Notes: generated by a model not told the origin, from the letters alone. Counted from the whole stretch's first letter, positions 11,568 to 22,745 are shown. The stretch: DNA of 62,853 nucleotides, filler included, from Stramenopiles sp. TOSAG23-2 (GCA_900128395.1; 8 parts of 8 records of this genome joined end to end with filler, not necessarily neighbours in it), one strand, 5' to 3'. Made by a program: numbers and translations.

Positions 11568-11667
11568 NNNNNNNNNNNNNNNNNNNNNNNNNNNNNNNNN
11601 NNNNNNNNNNNTTAATTAATTAANNNNNNNNNNNNNNNNNNNNNNNNNNNNNNNNNNNNNNNNNNNN
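11568..11667. other. Artificial scaffold linker 44N-TTAATTAATTAA-44N (also at 23221-23320, 34867-34966, 46489-46588, 58109-58208, 59692-59791, 61274-61373)
   Basis: Identical 100-bp cassette with stops in all six frames, seen 7 times; the flanked segments decrease in length (11567, 11553, 11546, 11522, 11520, 1483, 1482, 1480). Confidence 0.98.
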
Positions 11668-11781
11668 ATTTACGCTTATAATACATTTAAACTATCTCAC
11701 GCACTCGTTCGCTCACACATACACATATTTTTATATTAATCTTGGTCTATTTACAAAAGAATTTCCAAGTTTTCAAAACAT

Positions 11782-12123
11782 TTATGCGGAAGTGAATTTG
11801 GTTACAGCTTTAGTACCTTCGGAAACAGCATGTTTTGCTAATTCACCTGGTAATACAAGACGTACAGCGGTTTGAACTTCCCGGGATGAAAGTGTTGCTT
11901 TTTTGTTGTAACGTACTAATTTACCTGCTTCGGTTGAGACTTTCTCAAAGATATCGTTGATGAAACTGTTCATGATGGACATACCTTTTTTGGACATACC
12001 AGTGTCTGGGTGTACTTGTTTCAATACTTTGTAGATGTAGATGGAGAAACTTTCTCTTCTTCTTCTTCTGCGTTTGGTTGCGCCACCTTTCTTTGCTGAT
12101 TTCTTTGATGCTTTTTTAGCCAT
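11782..12123 (-). CDS. H2B: Histone H2B
   Basis: MAKKASKK...[37 protein letters not shown]...[23 protein letters not shown]; start ATG at 12123. Confidence 0.98.
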   Translation of the reverse strand: MAKKASKKSAKKGGATKRRRRRRESFSIYIYKVLKQVHPDTGMSKKGMSIMNSFINDIFEKVSTEAGKLVRYNKKATLSSREVQTAVRLVLPGELAKHAVSEGTKAVTKFTSA

Positions 12124-12497
12124 GTTTGTTTGTTTGGTTGTTTTTGTTTTTGTTTTTTGTTTTTTGTTTTTGTTTTTGTTATGTTTCTCTGTTCGTATGT
12201 GTATATGTATATATATATGTTTGTATGTGGATATATATGTTGTAATAATAATAGTATTTGAGTCGTCTGTATAGTAATGTTCACCCAATATGGTTGGATT
12301 TATCATATTTAATACTGTGTAGTTATATTATCTTGTTGTTTTATATGGTAATCATATAAAATAGTCATTTAAGTATTATTATTAAAATGATGAATTAAGT
12401 ACAATTTATATATATACTAAAGATTATATTGAAACTATTTGTATTTATATTAATAATATGAGGTTTATTATAAATAGATAGTATCTTATAATTGAAC

Positions 12498-12632
12498 AAA
12501 ATTGCGACCGATATTATTAATAATTTTAATAATTTATAAAATAAAATATCCGATGTTTGTTCGGATTGTAATGGTATTTATATGCTATTTAAAAAAATAA
12601 GAGATTCGGATTAGGGTTAAAATTGCGACCGA
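12498..12632. promoter_or_regulatory. Candidate element in the bidirectional H2A/H2B promoter: AAAATTGCGACCGA twice
   Basis: Exact 14-bp direct repeat at 12498-12511 and 12619-12632, with TTCGGATT twice between them, in an otherwise very AT-rich spacer. Confidence 0.5.
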
Positions 12633-12829
12633 ATAATTATTAAAAATACTTTTTTTAGATTTACAACAGCACAACACAATACTATTACACACACACACAT
12701 ATGATATATATATATATATAGATGTAGATACATATACATAGATAACACTTTGAGAATTAATATAGTTATATATAACAAAAAACAAAAAGAACAAATAAAA
12801 CAAAAAACAAACAAAAAACAAAAAAAAAC

Positions 12830-13207
12830 ATGTCAGGAAAAGGAAAAGGAGGTCGCGGTAAAAAGAAAGGTAAAAGCACTAGCCGCAGTGCAAAAGCAGG
12901 TTTACAATTCCCAGTAGGCCGTGTAGCTCGTTACTTGAGACAAGGACGTGTTGCAGCAAGAATCGGTGCAGGTGCTCCAGTATACATGGCAGCTGTATTA
13001 GAATACTTATGCGCAGAAATCTTAGAGTTAGCAGGTAATGCTGCACGTGACAACAAAAAAAGTCGTATCATCCCACGACACATCCAATTGGCTGTACGTA
13101 ATGATGAAGAATTGAACAAACTTATGGGTGGTGTTACCATTGCTGCAGGTGGTGTATTACCAAACATTCATGCTGTACTTTTGCCAAAAAAAAAAGGTAA
13201 ACAATAA
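12830..13207 (+). CDS. H2A: Histone H2A (canonical, no C-terminal SQ motif)
   Basis: [14 protein letters not shown]...[15 protein letters not shown]...[20 protein letters not shown]...[15 protein letters not shown]. Confidence 0.98.
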   Translation: MSGKGKGGRGKKKGKSTSRSAKAGLQFPVGRVARYLRQGRVAARIGAGAPVYMAAVLEYLCAEILELAGNAARDNKKSRIIPRHIQLAVRNDEELNKLMGGVTIAAGGVLPNIHAVLLPKKKGKQ

Positions 13208-13419
13208 GTAGTATGTGTCCCCTTGTCAAAAAGCAGTTGAGAGAGAAAGTATTTTGTAAATATAACTCGTATATATATTAAAAAAAAACTGTTTTTAAAA
13301 TTTTATATTCTCCCTGTGTATTACGTATATACCTCGTACTATAGTTTATATAAATTACGATAGATCTTTGAAATTTTTCATTACTTTATATAAAAATTCT
13401 TCTTCTCTCATTTCTCATC

Positions 13420-14907
13420 TTATTTCAGTGACATCATTTCATCCAATGCAAATTTTATACCTTCGATACCTACACCATGTCTTTGTCCACAATTTGGATC
13501 CCATGAATTGTGTATCCCGACAACATGGCCATTATTTGCATTAAATATTGGAGCGCCACTACTACCCCAATATGTCCAACATGAATGCATTAATTGACCC
13601 AAATCATTACGAACTTCAATTCTTGAATTGTCATCAATATCATCATCCATATACCCATCAATATCACCAGGACTTATAGTAAATGGATTAAATCCATTTC
13701 TACGTGGCCTTGCACCTTGCGCTAATTCTAAATCCCAATCATATGGATTATGAATGCAATATACATCATCGCCAGCCTTTGCGCAACTATTTGAAATTTG
13801 GACGACTTTGATATTACGAATAGAATCATCATCATCATGAGTGATGTTATTATTTGTCGATGTTGTTGTTGTATTAGTAGCAGTGGAAGACGAAGAAGCC
13901 GATAATAATTTCCCATTGTTTTTTGATGATGATAATAATATTTTAGTGTTGCTACTACCATTACTATATTTTTCATTATTATCTAGCAAATCTATCACTT
14001 TCAAAAATGCAACATCACATCGATCATTATTATAAATACATTGTGCCACATGCAATGAACCATCGCTAAATATCATAATTTTATATCTACCTTTGTGATT
14101 GTTAACCTTCTTCTTATTATCACATTTGCTTTCTTCTTTTTTATCATTTACTTTTCTTCTTTTTGATCTTCTGCCATTTCCTTCATCATCAATATCTTCC
14201 TCTGCATCACCTTCATAGATACAATGTGAACATGTTAATATGATCAAGCTATCATTATTACTAGAATAGGTTGTTCCATCATCTTTTTTTTTCCCTTCTT
14301 CTTCTGATGTTGATATATCTACTAATACGCCACTTCCACTAGGTATAATATGAATCGATGATTTATATGAATCTTCAATTTTTCGATAAATAGTAGTGTA
14401 TTTATTATTTTTCAATTTATTAATTTGTTTTTTCGATTTACCTATACATTTTATTACATTTTCCCGAAATAAATAAATTTCATGAATGCTTATGTATATT
14501 TCATCGACTAATTGTATTCGATGCTGTTTACTAGTAATATGTTGCCATCCATCATCTGTATAATTAAAAAAAGTAGCACAAAATTTTATATCAGATAATG
14601 AAAAGGCTAATAATTTTTTTTTCAATTGTTGTTTACTATGTTTTTTATCATAATCTGATGTATACTTTAAAATTAATGTCCATATTCTTTGGATCAATTT
14701 CATTTCTTTCGACTTACTTTCTGTTTCACGTTTTGCTTTTCGTTTTTTCTTGCCATTCTTATTATTTGATATCGATGATATCCCAGCATTGTTATTATTA
14801 TTGTTGTTGTTGTCGTCATTCTTTCGAGGTGATTTTGGTCCAATAATTGATAATGAACCAGTACGTCCAAGCCTTATTCGTAATCTTTCCGATAACGATA
14901 ATTCCAT
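13420..14907 (-). CDS. Trypsin-like serine protease (Trypsin_2 type), no signal peptide, basic NLS-like tracts
   Basis: Catalytic triad contexts: GSGVLV...LTCSHC (His), DVAFLKV (Asp), HSCWTYWGSSGAPIFN...VVGIH (Ser). Confidence 0.8.
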   Translation of the reverse strand: MELSLSERLRIRLGRTGSLSIIGPKSPRKNDDNNNNNNNNAGISSISNNKNGKKKRKAKRETESKSKEMKLIQRIWTLILKYTSDYDKKHSKQQLKKKLLAFSLSDIKFCATFFNYTDDGWQHITSKQHRIQLVDEIYISIHEIYLFRENVIKCIGKSKKQINKLKNNKYTTIYRKIEDSYKSSIHIIPSGSGVLVDISTSEEEGKKKDDGTTYSSNNDSLIILTCSHCIYEGDAEEDIDDEGNGRRSKRRKVNDKKEESKCDNKKKVNNHKGRYKIMIFSDGSLHVAQCIYNNDRCDVAFLKVIDLLDNNEKYSNGSSNTKILLSSSKNNGKLLSASSSSTATNTTTTSTNNNITHDDDDSIRNIKVVQISNSCAKAGDDVYCIHNPYDWDLELAQGARPRRNGFNPFTISPGDIDGYMDDDIDDNSRIEVRNDLGQLMHSCWTYWGSSGAPIFNANNGHVVGIHNSWDPNCGQRHGVGIEGIKFALDEMMSLK

Positions 14908-15570
14908 TATTTAAATGAACGAAATACTTTCCTTGAAACGAAATAGTATGAGTGAAAACAGCGGGTATTGTAAAAAGAAAGATTTTTTGTCGTTGGTTGG
15001 TTGGTATTATTATATATATATATATCAATCTTAATCTTCCTCCTTCACTCCTTCTACATTATTATTGTTTTCATTCAAATAATTCATTCAAATAATAATA
15101 TTACATATTTATATATATTTTTTGTGATGACCTCCGTTATCCCTGATTTGAAGTCGTCCAGCACCACACAGCACTACACATTTTAATTTGCGGCGGCAAA
15201 CTTTTTGATGGAAAGCTGGAAAGGCGAAGGGAGTGCAAGAAGAGAAGAAGAAGAAGAAGAGGGTTTTATCATTGTTCTATTGCAATATAATATTTATGGA
15301 TTATGGAAGAATAGAATATATATAGAATAAATCACATATGTATATGTATAAAACATATATAATAACATATACCAAACGGATGACCATGAACAAATAAAGA
15401 TAAGTTGATAATAATAATTAATTAAAAATATATTTAAAAAGAAAAAAGTCAATATAAAATAGAATATAAGAGAATATTTTTATATATTGATAATATTATT
15501 AAATTGTATTATACTTTTATTATTATTTTTTCTTGCATCTGTTTTTTTGAATGATACACGTATATACAAT

Positions 15571-16251
15571 ATGACAGAAAATAATACGAGTTGCTCTCAA
15601 ACACATTGTCTATATATTGAAAAAGCAACTAAACGTGTGTTTTCTTACATGAAACAAAAAAATGGTAATCGTTTTGGTCAACTTGGTAGAAAGGAAACTT
15701 CTTTGCAACATCATTCAGCACCAGTGGAAGGCATTCCTGAGAAAGTGAAGCAAGTGTCTGCTGGTGGTGATAAAGATGCAGGTCATAGTGCTGCTTTGAC
15801 GGAGTTAGGTAATGTATATGTTTGGGGCTGTGATAGGTGGCAACAACTTGGATTAGGATCAGCTGATGCTGGTGGCGTTGGGTATACTTGGGAAGGTGGT
15901 AGATTATGGCAAGACACGCCACAACGTGCTTGGGTCAAAAATATTAAACACATTGCTTGTGGTTCAGACCACACTGTTGCATTAAGCAAAGACGGTTCGA
16001 CTGTATATACATGGGGTCGTGGTGAACATGGACAACTAGGGCGTAAACATAAACTTTTCGTCGGGGCTCCAGCCCCTTCGCCAATTTTAAGTGCACAATC
16101 TGGTTCTCAAAACGTTGAATTTGTCCTTGCTGTTGGAAATTGCTCGGCATCTTGTGCAAAAGATGGTTCAATAATTGCAAAAGCTGGAAAATGTAAAGGT
16201 ATTATTAATAAAGCATTTAATGCCGCGATTATTTCCAACAAAAAAGTATAA
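15571..16251 (+). CDS. RCC1-repeat protein
   Basis: GNRFGQLGR, VKQVSAGG...HSAALTELGNVYVWG...QQLGLG, IACGSDHTVALSKDGSTVYTWGRGEHGQLG. Confidence 0.88.
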   Translation: MTENNTSCSQTHCLYIEKATKRVFSYMKQKNGNRFGQLGRKETSLQHHSAPVEGIPEKVKQVSAGGDKDAGHSAALTELGNVYVWGCDRWQQLGLGSADAGGVGYTWEGGRLWQDTPQRAWVKNIKHIACGSDHTVALSKDGSTVYTWGRGEHGQLGRKHKLFVGAPAPSPILSAQSGSQNVEFVLAVGNCSASCAKDGSIIAKAGKCKGIINKAFNAAIISNKKV

Positions 16252-16434
16252 AGTATTTTTTAGAAAATTTGTTCTTCGTAAAAAAAAAAATTAATTGGGT
16301 GTAAAAGAAGAAGTTAATAGAATTTATGGGGAACGAACGTACGAACGTATATATACGCAAAAATGTATACGCATGAATCGTATAAAGTCTTCTACTTCGT
16401 ATATTCGTATATATACGTAATATATATAATATAT

Positions 16435-16695
16435 GAGAATGTTGTGAGCATTGTTGGGCGCGAAATACAATTAACGAAGGACTATACAACAGGTAATGAA
16501 ACATTTAAACAAGGAAGTAGAGGGACAGTTATTGAGGCTACCTCACGTAAGGATGGAAAATTGAAAGTTAAGTTGGATAACGACGATACAAAAACATTTA
16601 GATTGATTAAAGAATGCGATTTACAATTTTATGACGGAGTAGCTTCTTCACCTAATTGTAAATCACAGACAGAGGAAGAATCTTTTGAATACTAA
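16435..16695 (+). CDS. Small SH3-like beta-barrel domain, probably an exon or fragment; start unresolved
   Basis: VGREIQLTKDY...FKQGSRGTVIE...LKVKLDN...LIKECDL pattern with coding-like composition; no clear in-frame ATG nearby. Confidence 0.4.
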   Translation, partial: ENVVSIVGREIQLTKDYTTGNETFKQGSRGTVIEATSRKDGKLKVKLDNDDTKTFRLIKECDLQFYDGVASSPNCKSQTEEESFEY

Positions 16696-17239
16696 ATAAT
16701 TTACTAAACTTTATAAATCATTTTTGATTTGAGATGTTAATGAACTCGGGGGTAAAAGAAATTTATATAATATATGAGTAAGAGAACATTTTTATATATT
16801 ATTTTTTGAATTGAGAGTTTTTTTTTGTTTACGTACGTGTGTTAAAATGTGTATTACCGTGCCATGTGTGTATTTTTCTCTCTCTGATTATTTTTAAAAA
16901 ATACGAACGGGATGTGTCTCTACTCCTTCCTCCTTCCCCAATTTTGTAATATGATATGAACGAATTTTATAAAAATATCAATATGAATTTTTATGGGTAT
17001 ATCTTGTCGTGTGATATTTAATATAATGATGATTGAAATGATGATGCGCCACGAGAGTTTATATATGTCATATATCAATATATTATTTTCCAATAACTCG
17101 CTTTACTCTATGCATAATATATGATACAACGACACATTGTACATAATCAATGTACATCATACATCATTGCTTTTTAATTTTTCAATATTATGCCTATGCA
17201 TGTATATGTATTGATATATATATATATATATATATATAT

Positions 17240-19129
17240 TTATTGCGATTTTCCACCTTTTAAGATGCTTCCGTTTTCAAACATTTTTTTTGTCATGTCG
17301 GTAGGCTGCAATGCCTCTAATTCAGCATATGCCATTTTTCCATGATAAATCTTTTTATCAGGATTGGTTATATCGACTAAATGCCATTCTGCGGTATGAT
17401 CCATGATACTTTGCGGCTCAAATACGGCAACGAAACATTCCCCTTCTTCAAATCCACATGTATCCACAATTGCTTTGAAATATGCACCGTTGACATAATA
17501 TCCAGTTCCAAGTGTCCATCCAGTAACAGCATTTAAGAAGATCTCATTGAATAATGTTATATAATCATCCGTTTTCCATTTCATACGTTTCTCCAATTTT
17601 TCAATCATTGGAATCAATGGCCGGAAATGTGGAAAGAAAACCATATTACCACTGAAGTAATCTTCAAATTGAGAACAAAAATGCGGATTTCCTCCCCATA
17701 ATAATTTTCGGAAATGTGGAAAGAAAACCATATTACCACTGAAGTAATCTTCAAATTGAGAACAAAAATGCGGATTTCCTCCCCATAATAATTTTGCATT
17801 TTCTGTAATAAAAATACCTTCCAAACAACGTAACTTTCGTAACTTTTCCTTTGCTTTGTTGCTTACAATATGCCATGTAAAGCGCCAGTTGCCAGCATAT
17901 GGTCGAAATGCAGTCAAGAATGGCACATTTTTAGGATAGATATTACCGTACAATGGTACGACAAACAATACAATCACTAAAAAGAAGCGTAAATAAAAAT
18001 CAATGCCATAGAATACTTCAGGGATAAATGTACTCAATGAATATCCAGTAAATCCGTCTGGTGAATATTGTTCTGAAAACAAACTGAGTACATTGTAAAT
18101 GCAAAATACATTCCATTCCATTACACTTGCAAATGGTGTCATTGATAAAATATAACAATGAAAAGCTAACGCCAAAGGCACGCCAAATTGAGGATAGAAT
18201 AAGCATAATGGGCCTAATGCAACTTCCCCAATGCAACCGAATTGTGCCAAGAATTCTAAAAATTTAGATGGGTTGACATCAACCTTACCATTCTTTCCTT
18301 TTCTATCCTTGTACAACATATCTGATATTGGTAAAAAAATGCCAAGTATTGCTAAAAGCTTTGAGTTTGGCATCATAAATGCATTGACATACTTCATCCA
18401 AGGTCCAATCTTTGCAATCCCAGCCCATGTCCATAAACATGCTTGGCATAAACGCATTCCAGTCAAACCACTGGCACCCCATGGAAATAAGCAACAAAAT
18501 AACATATATACCGAATGTTCCCCACGTGATGCTTGAAAGGTTACAAAATCAAATGGTGTTAATATTGCTAAAGTAACGATAATCGGTAAAATAACTTCAT
18601 ACGTAATCAACGGTGCTTTCAATGCCATTACTAAATAGTAAATGTAGGTTACATATCCAGCACTTTGCAATATATTTCGTTTTGCGGGCACACCTGGTAT
18701 TAACGGGCATGTGATGCTACCTGGCATTAATAAATTATACCACGTAACAAAGAAGAATTTCATTCGGAAACCTAATGGTCCACCAGTAGAATTAAATCCA
18801 AGAACGTCACCAATAATATTGTAAATAATGAACCTTTTGATATTGTCTTCACCAGTTAAGGGTACATCTGGGTTCATTAATTTGTTTTGAAATAACCAAC
18901 AATACAACCAGATTTTAAAGGTATAATTTGCGAAAACCACGTATGGGAATGCATTTAAATCACCTACAATGGTATCGTTCCACGCTTTGATTCTTTCACG
19001 ATAGGTCATTTTTTTATGTTTAGCTCCCCATACGGGCGGTTCCGCTGGTAACATAAATGTTGGATAGGAACGACGGTCTTTTGGATCTTTTTCAAAAGCT
19101 TCTTTTGCATTTCCAAATACAATTCCCAT
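17240..19129 (-). CDS. DUF3556-family multi-pass membrane protein (actinobacterial type)
   Basis: Motifs TYRERIK, DVLGFNSTGGPL, TFQASRGE, WTWAGIAK, FHCYIL...VMEWN, GNIYPKNVPFLTAFRPYAGNW in DUF3556 order; intronless; in-frame 29-aa duplication. Confidence 0.75.
   Translation of the reverse strand: MGIVFGNAKEAFEKDPKDRRSYPTFMLPAEPPVWGAKHKKMTYRERIKAWNDTIVGDLNAFPYVVFANYTFKIWLYCWLFQNKLMNPDVPLTGEDNIKRFIIYNIIGDVLGFNSTGGPLGFRMKFFFVTWYNLLMPGSITCPLIPGVPAKRNILQSAGYVTYIYYLVMALKAPLITYEVILPIIVTLAILTPFDFVTFQASRGEHSVYMLFCCLFPWGASGLTGMRLCQACLWTWAGIAKIGPWMKYVNAFMMPNSKLLAILGIFLPISDMLYKDRKGKNGKVDVNPSKFLEFLAQFGCIGEVALGPLCLFYPQFGVPLALAFHCYILSMTPFASVMEWNVFCIYNVLSLFSEQYSPDGFTGYSLSTFIPEVFYGIDFYLRFFLVIVLFVVPLYGNIYPKNVPFLTAFRPYAGNWRFTWHIVSNKAKEKLRKLRCLEGIFITENAKLLWGGNPHFCSQFEDYFSGNMVFFPHFRKLLWGGNPHFCSQFEDYFSGNMVFFPHFRPLIPMIEKLEKRMKWKTDDYITLFNEIFLNAVTGWTLGTGYYVNGAYFKAIVDTCGFEEGECFVAVFEPQSIMDHTAEWHLVDITNPDKKIYHGKMAYAELEALQPTDMTKKMFENGSILKGGKSQ
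17622..17795. repeat. Perfect 87-bp tandem duplication inside the DUF3556 CDS
   Basis: 17622-17708 equals 17709-17795; encodes KLLWGGNPHFCSQFEDYFSGNMVFFPHFR twice. Confidence 0.95.
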
Positions 19130-19994
19130 GATCTCTAGTGTGTGTTTTTTTTAAACGTTTTTTTTTTTATATATATACTTTGTATACAGTTATCCAAAAG
19201 AATGTAATATATATATATATATCAATAGAAAATGTTTTGCTTTATATGTATATATACTTCGTAGAAAATGTTCTGATTTGGTTTACCCTTTTTGTGTTAT
19301 TATATATGCACATATATATGACATATCCTCTTGTTGTATGTGATGTGATTATTATTAAAAAAAAAAAATTAACATATAAATAGTACTATGAAAATATCCA
19401 TTTTATGTAAAAAAAAAAAAGAAAAAAGCAGACGCATCTAAATAGATAATATAAATAGTAAAAAACCTACAAACTAGACAAATAATACGGTACTTTATAT
19501 GATAATAATACAAGAGGCTTATTTTTAAATTATTTTAATTTTTATTTAAAATCTTATAATCTAAAAATCATGCATACAGTAGTTTGTAAAAAAAGATATA
19601 ATGCATTTTGGTGAAAATAAAATTTCTATCAATTTATTCCATTTGAAATGGATTGAGATTTTGTGAATTTTGGAATTTATGTATTTTAATCTTCCACCAT
19701 TGATATATCATTGGCGGTATAGAACGAGCGTATAATAGCCCCATTTTCAAGTATAAATTATTGTCATTTTTGATAGGTAATATGAGTATATAAGTATACA
19801 ACTAGTTATTTACTTGTCTAAATTCATCATATAATATATATTTACTTGAATACATTGAATGAATAGTTCTGATGCGTTGTTGTTCGATTAGATAGATAGA
19901 AATACGAGACATACATATAATTGCATAAAAAGAATCTTATATCACATATACACGCACTACAGCAAAGAACGAACGAACAACACAAGACAACAAC

Positions 19995-20804
19995 ATGCCG
20001 AAAAAAAAAACACATAAAAAAAGATTTGCTGCACCAAAATTTGTTGCAAATGCAGATGAGTTACAAAATCGTGATAATGAAATGGCAACACAACAAGCAG
20101 CTAGACGTGGTAGACGTATTGCTGCTGGTTGCGATGATGAAGATTTAAAAGATGCAGTACTTGCTATGAATAATACCGATGGTAACGATGGTTTCCTAGG
20201 TGTAGCAGCTGATATGGCAAGGTTAAAAATGGAACAAGAAGAAGCGTTAGAAGACAATAACAATAATAACCAACAGCAAAAACAACAGAAACAAAAAGGT
20301 GTCTCTGGTTTGATTCAAACTGGTAATCCAAATGCAAAACAAAAAACAACCTTGTCGAAAAAAGATTTAAAAGATGGAAATTACAAAAAGAAGAAATTGA
20401 CTCGTAAGGAACGTGAAAAGTTTGAAAAGGAAGCTGCGCAAAGGCGTTACTGGAAAGCCATGGAAAATGGAACTCATGCACAAGCTAAAAAAGACAAGAA
20501 AAGGTTAGAGGAAGTGAAAAAAAGACGTGAGGAAGCAAAAAAGAAAAGAGACAAAGATGTTGCAGATAAAGAAGCAGCGAATCAAAGAGCATTGGAAGCT
20601 GCAAAAGCGAATGATAGTAAAAAAAGTAGTAATGATGCAAATGATGATGATGATGCAAAGAAAGAAGTATTATCATTGGATAAAGTTACTATTAAAAAAA
20701 TGAAACCTGCTTTAATGAAAGAAAATTTAAAAATCTTAGGCTTATCCATACAAGGAAATAAAAAAGTGTTGGAAAAACGTTTATTGGAAGCTTGTGGTTT
20801 TTAA
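19995..20804 (+). CDS. PDAP1: PDAP1/PP28-like heat- and acid-stable protein with C-terminal SAP domain
   Basis: KGVSGLIQTGNPN and LTRKEREKFEKEAAQRRY...AQAKKDKKRLEEVKKRREEAKKKR match PP28; KMKPALMKENLKILGLSIQGNKKVLEKRLL is a SAP motif. Confidence 0.8.
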   Translation: MPKKKTHKKRFAAPKFVANADELQNRDNEMATQQAARRGRRIAAGCDDEDLKDAVLAMNNTDGNDGFLGVAADMARLKMEQEEALEDNNNNNQQQKQQKQKGVSGLIQTGNPNAKQKTTLSKKDLKDGNYKKKKLTRKEREKFEKEAAQRRYWKAMENGTHAQAKKDKKRLEEVKKRREEAKKKRDKDVADKEAANQRALEAAKANDSKKSSNDANDDDDAKKEVLSLDKVTIKKMKPALMKENLKILGLSIQGNKKVLEKRLLEACGF

Positions 20805-21097
20805 AGATTGACCACACCAGGAGAAAGTTTAAAAGTTAAATTAAAAAGAGAAGATATATTATACTTCTCGAATGTGTTCAATCCTTATAAATTAGGGTGT
20901 GTACGCGTTGAGAGAGGGGGGAGAGTAACGATTTGAAAATGTAAAAATGCAATGTATAATATATTTTAAATATGCAGTTTATCAATATTTAAAGATAAAA
21001 AAAAAAGAAATTTGAATCTATCTCTGTTAAAGACACTCCACACACACACACACACACACACATTTTCTGAGAGCTCATAATGCCCACTTTCTACTAC

Positions 21098-22504
21098 CTA
21101 TATAATACGTGATGAAGATGATGGTCCATGATAAAAGAAAACTTTATTTCTACCTTCAAACTCTAATTCATTTTCTTCTACTTTATATGTACCATTTGCA
21201 TTTTTCCCAACAATATTACGTATGTATTCACAGAAATCATCATACGTTTGTACAGATTGACCATTTGGTAAGCGTCGTTTTGGAAATTGAGTTGGAAATA
21301 CACAACAAGGAACAATTGCAAATGGTTTTGAATATCGAATGGCAACTTTCATAATTGCATCTGTTGCAGAATCTGGATGTAAACCTATTAAAATACTTGC
21401 ATTTTCAATCAAATCAATTTCAGATTGATCGTTTGTAGCAAAATCTTCATAAAACCAACCTTGTATACTATTTATTTCTTTAGCAGCATATCGTTTGTGA
21501 TATAAAAATCGTGCTAATGGTGATATTTTCAATCCATTTGTTAATTTTAATTGTGATTCTAATCTAAATTTCAATTGTTGTATTTGTTTCTTCGTTGTTT
21601 TCACTGGGCGTGGATCTATTACAACAGTTTGCAACCCACGTCTAATACTACTTTCAAATGCAACTTCACCTTTTCCACCAGCAATATCTAATATAATGCC
21701 TTTTTTTAAATAATCATAACCAAATTCAGCAATTAAAAAATTAACAAATTTTGCTGCCCTTCTTTCATTTTTCTTTGGTTTCCAATGTGATTTTTTTGAC
21801 GATGATAGTCGTGACTTGTTGTTGGTGGTGGTCGTCGTCGTCGTTGTTGAGATGATTTTTCGTTTCCATTTTTTTTTATTTTTTTGATTATTCACATTAT
21901 TCTTAATATTATTATTAGAAATGGAGGATGACTTGATGTTTTTATTTTTTTTAAATGGTGATTCATCTACTCTAATTGATTGACGATTATTTTTAGTATT
22001 TGATTTATTAGTATCTATATCTATATCTATATCTAATATTGCTTCGTTTATTTCATTATAAATTTCCTTCGTTTTTAAAGATATATGATTAACAAAAATT
22101 GCATGTATTACAGGTGTTTTGAAATCATCTCTTAAAATTTCAACAAAACCACCAATTATTATTTCTTGATTTGTATTATTATTATTATTATCATTATCAT
22201 TTAATGCATTGTTCTTCTTTACATAATCTTTGAAAAAAATTACTTTATCTTCTCCTTTTATAATAACATCAACATTTTTAGTATTACACATAATATCAAG
22301 ACATTCTAATGTACATATATAAAATGTCTTCGATAATTGAGTTGTATATATAATTTTTCCTTTAATCAATATTTTCACATTTTCATGTAAACCTTCATTT
22401 AATATATTTGTTTTTTTTAATATATCTAATCCATTAGTTGTTTCTGCTTTTTTTCCAAAAAACGAAGATGAATTATTAACCAACGTCGCTAACGATGCCA
22501 TCAT
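21098..22504 (-). CDS. Class I SAM-dependent methyltransferase (probably acting on RNA), possible N-terminal OB fold
   Basis: ILDIAGGKGEVAFE (motif I), VVIDPR, LIGLHPDSATDAI...KPFAIVPCCVF...LEFEGRNKV. Confidence 0.8.
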   Translation of the reverse strand: MMASLATLVNNSSSFFGKKAETTNGLDILKKTNILNEGLHENVKILIKGKIIYTTQLSKTFYICTLECLDIMCNTKNVDVIIKGEDKVIFFKDYVKKNNALNDNDNNNNNTNQEIIIGGFVEILRDDFKTPVIHAIFVNHISLKTKEIYNEINEAILDIDIDIDTNKSNTKNNRQSIRVDESPFKKNKNIKSSSISNNNIKNNVNNQKNKKKWKRKIISTTTTTTTTNNKSRLSSSKKSHWKPKKNERRAAKFVNFLIAEFGYDYLKKGIILDIAGGKGEVAFESSIRRGLQTVVIDPRPVKTTKKQIQQLKFRLESQLKLTNGLKISPLARFLYHKRYAAKEINSIQGWFYEDFATNDQSEIDLIENASILIGLHPDSATDAIMKVAIRYSKPFAIVPCCVFPTQFPKRRLPNGQSVQTYDDFCEYIRNIVGKNANGTYKVEENELEFEGRNKVFFYHGPSSSSRII

Positions 22505-22540
22505 TCAATACAAATATTATATCTACATAAATCTTCTTTC

Positions 22541-22745
22541 TTCTAAATTACGAAAACATCTATTTGTACAATTATGATACTATTTTTTTCTTGTTCTTAT
22601 CATCTTCTTCCTTTATTCTAATTCTTATTATTTTTTTAATTATTCTAAATTACGAAAACATCTATTTGTACAATTATGATACTATTTTTTTCTTGTTCTT
22701 ATCATCTTCTTCCTTTATTCTAATTCTTATTATTTTTTTAATTAT
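22541..22745. repeat. Tandem duplication, 102-bp period
   Basis: ttctaaattacgaaaacatc...ttttttaatta begins at 22541 and again at 22643. Confidence 0.9.

Noticed and set aside
12611-12618. TTAGGGTT as a telomeric seed
   Set aside because: A single unit, expected by chance.
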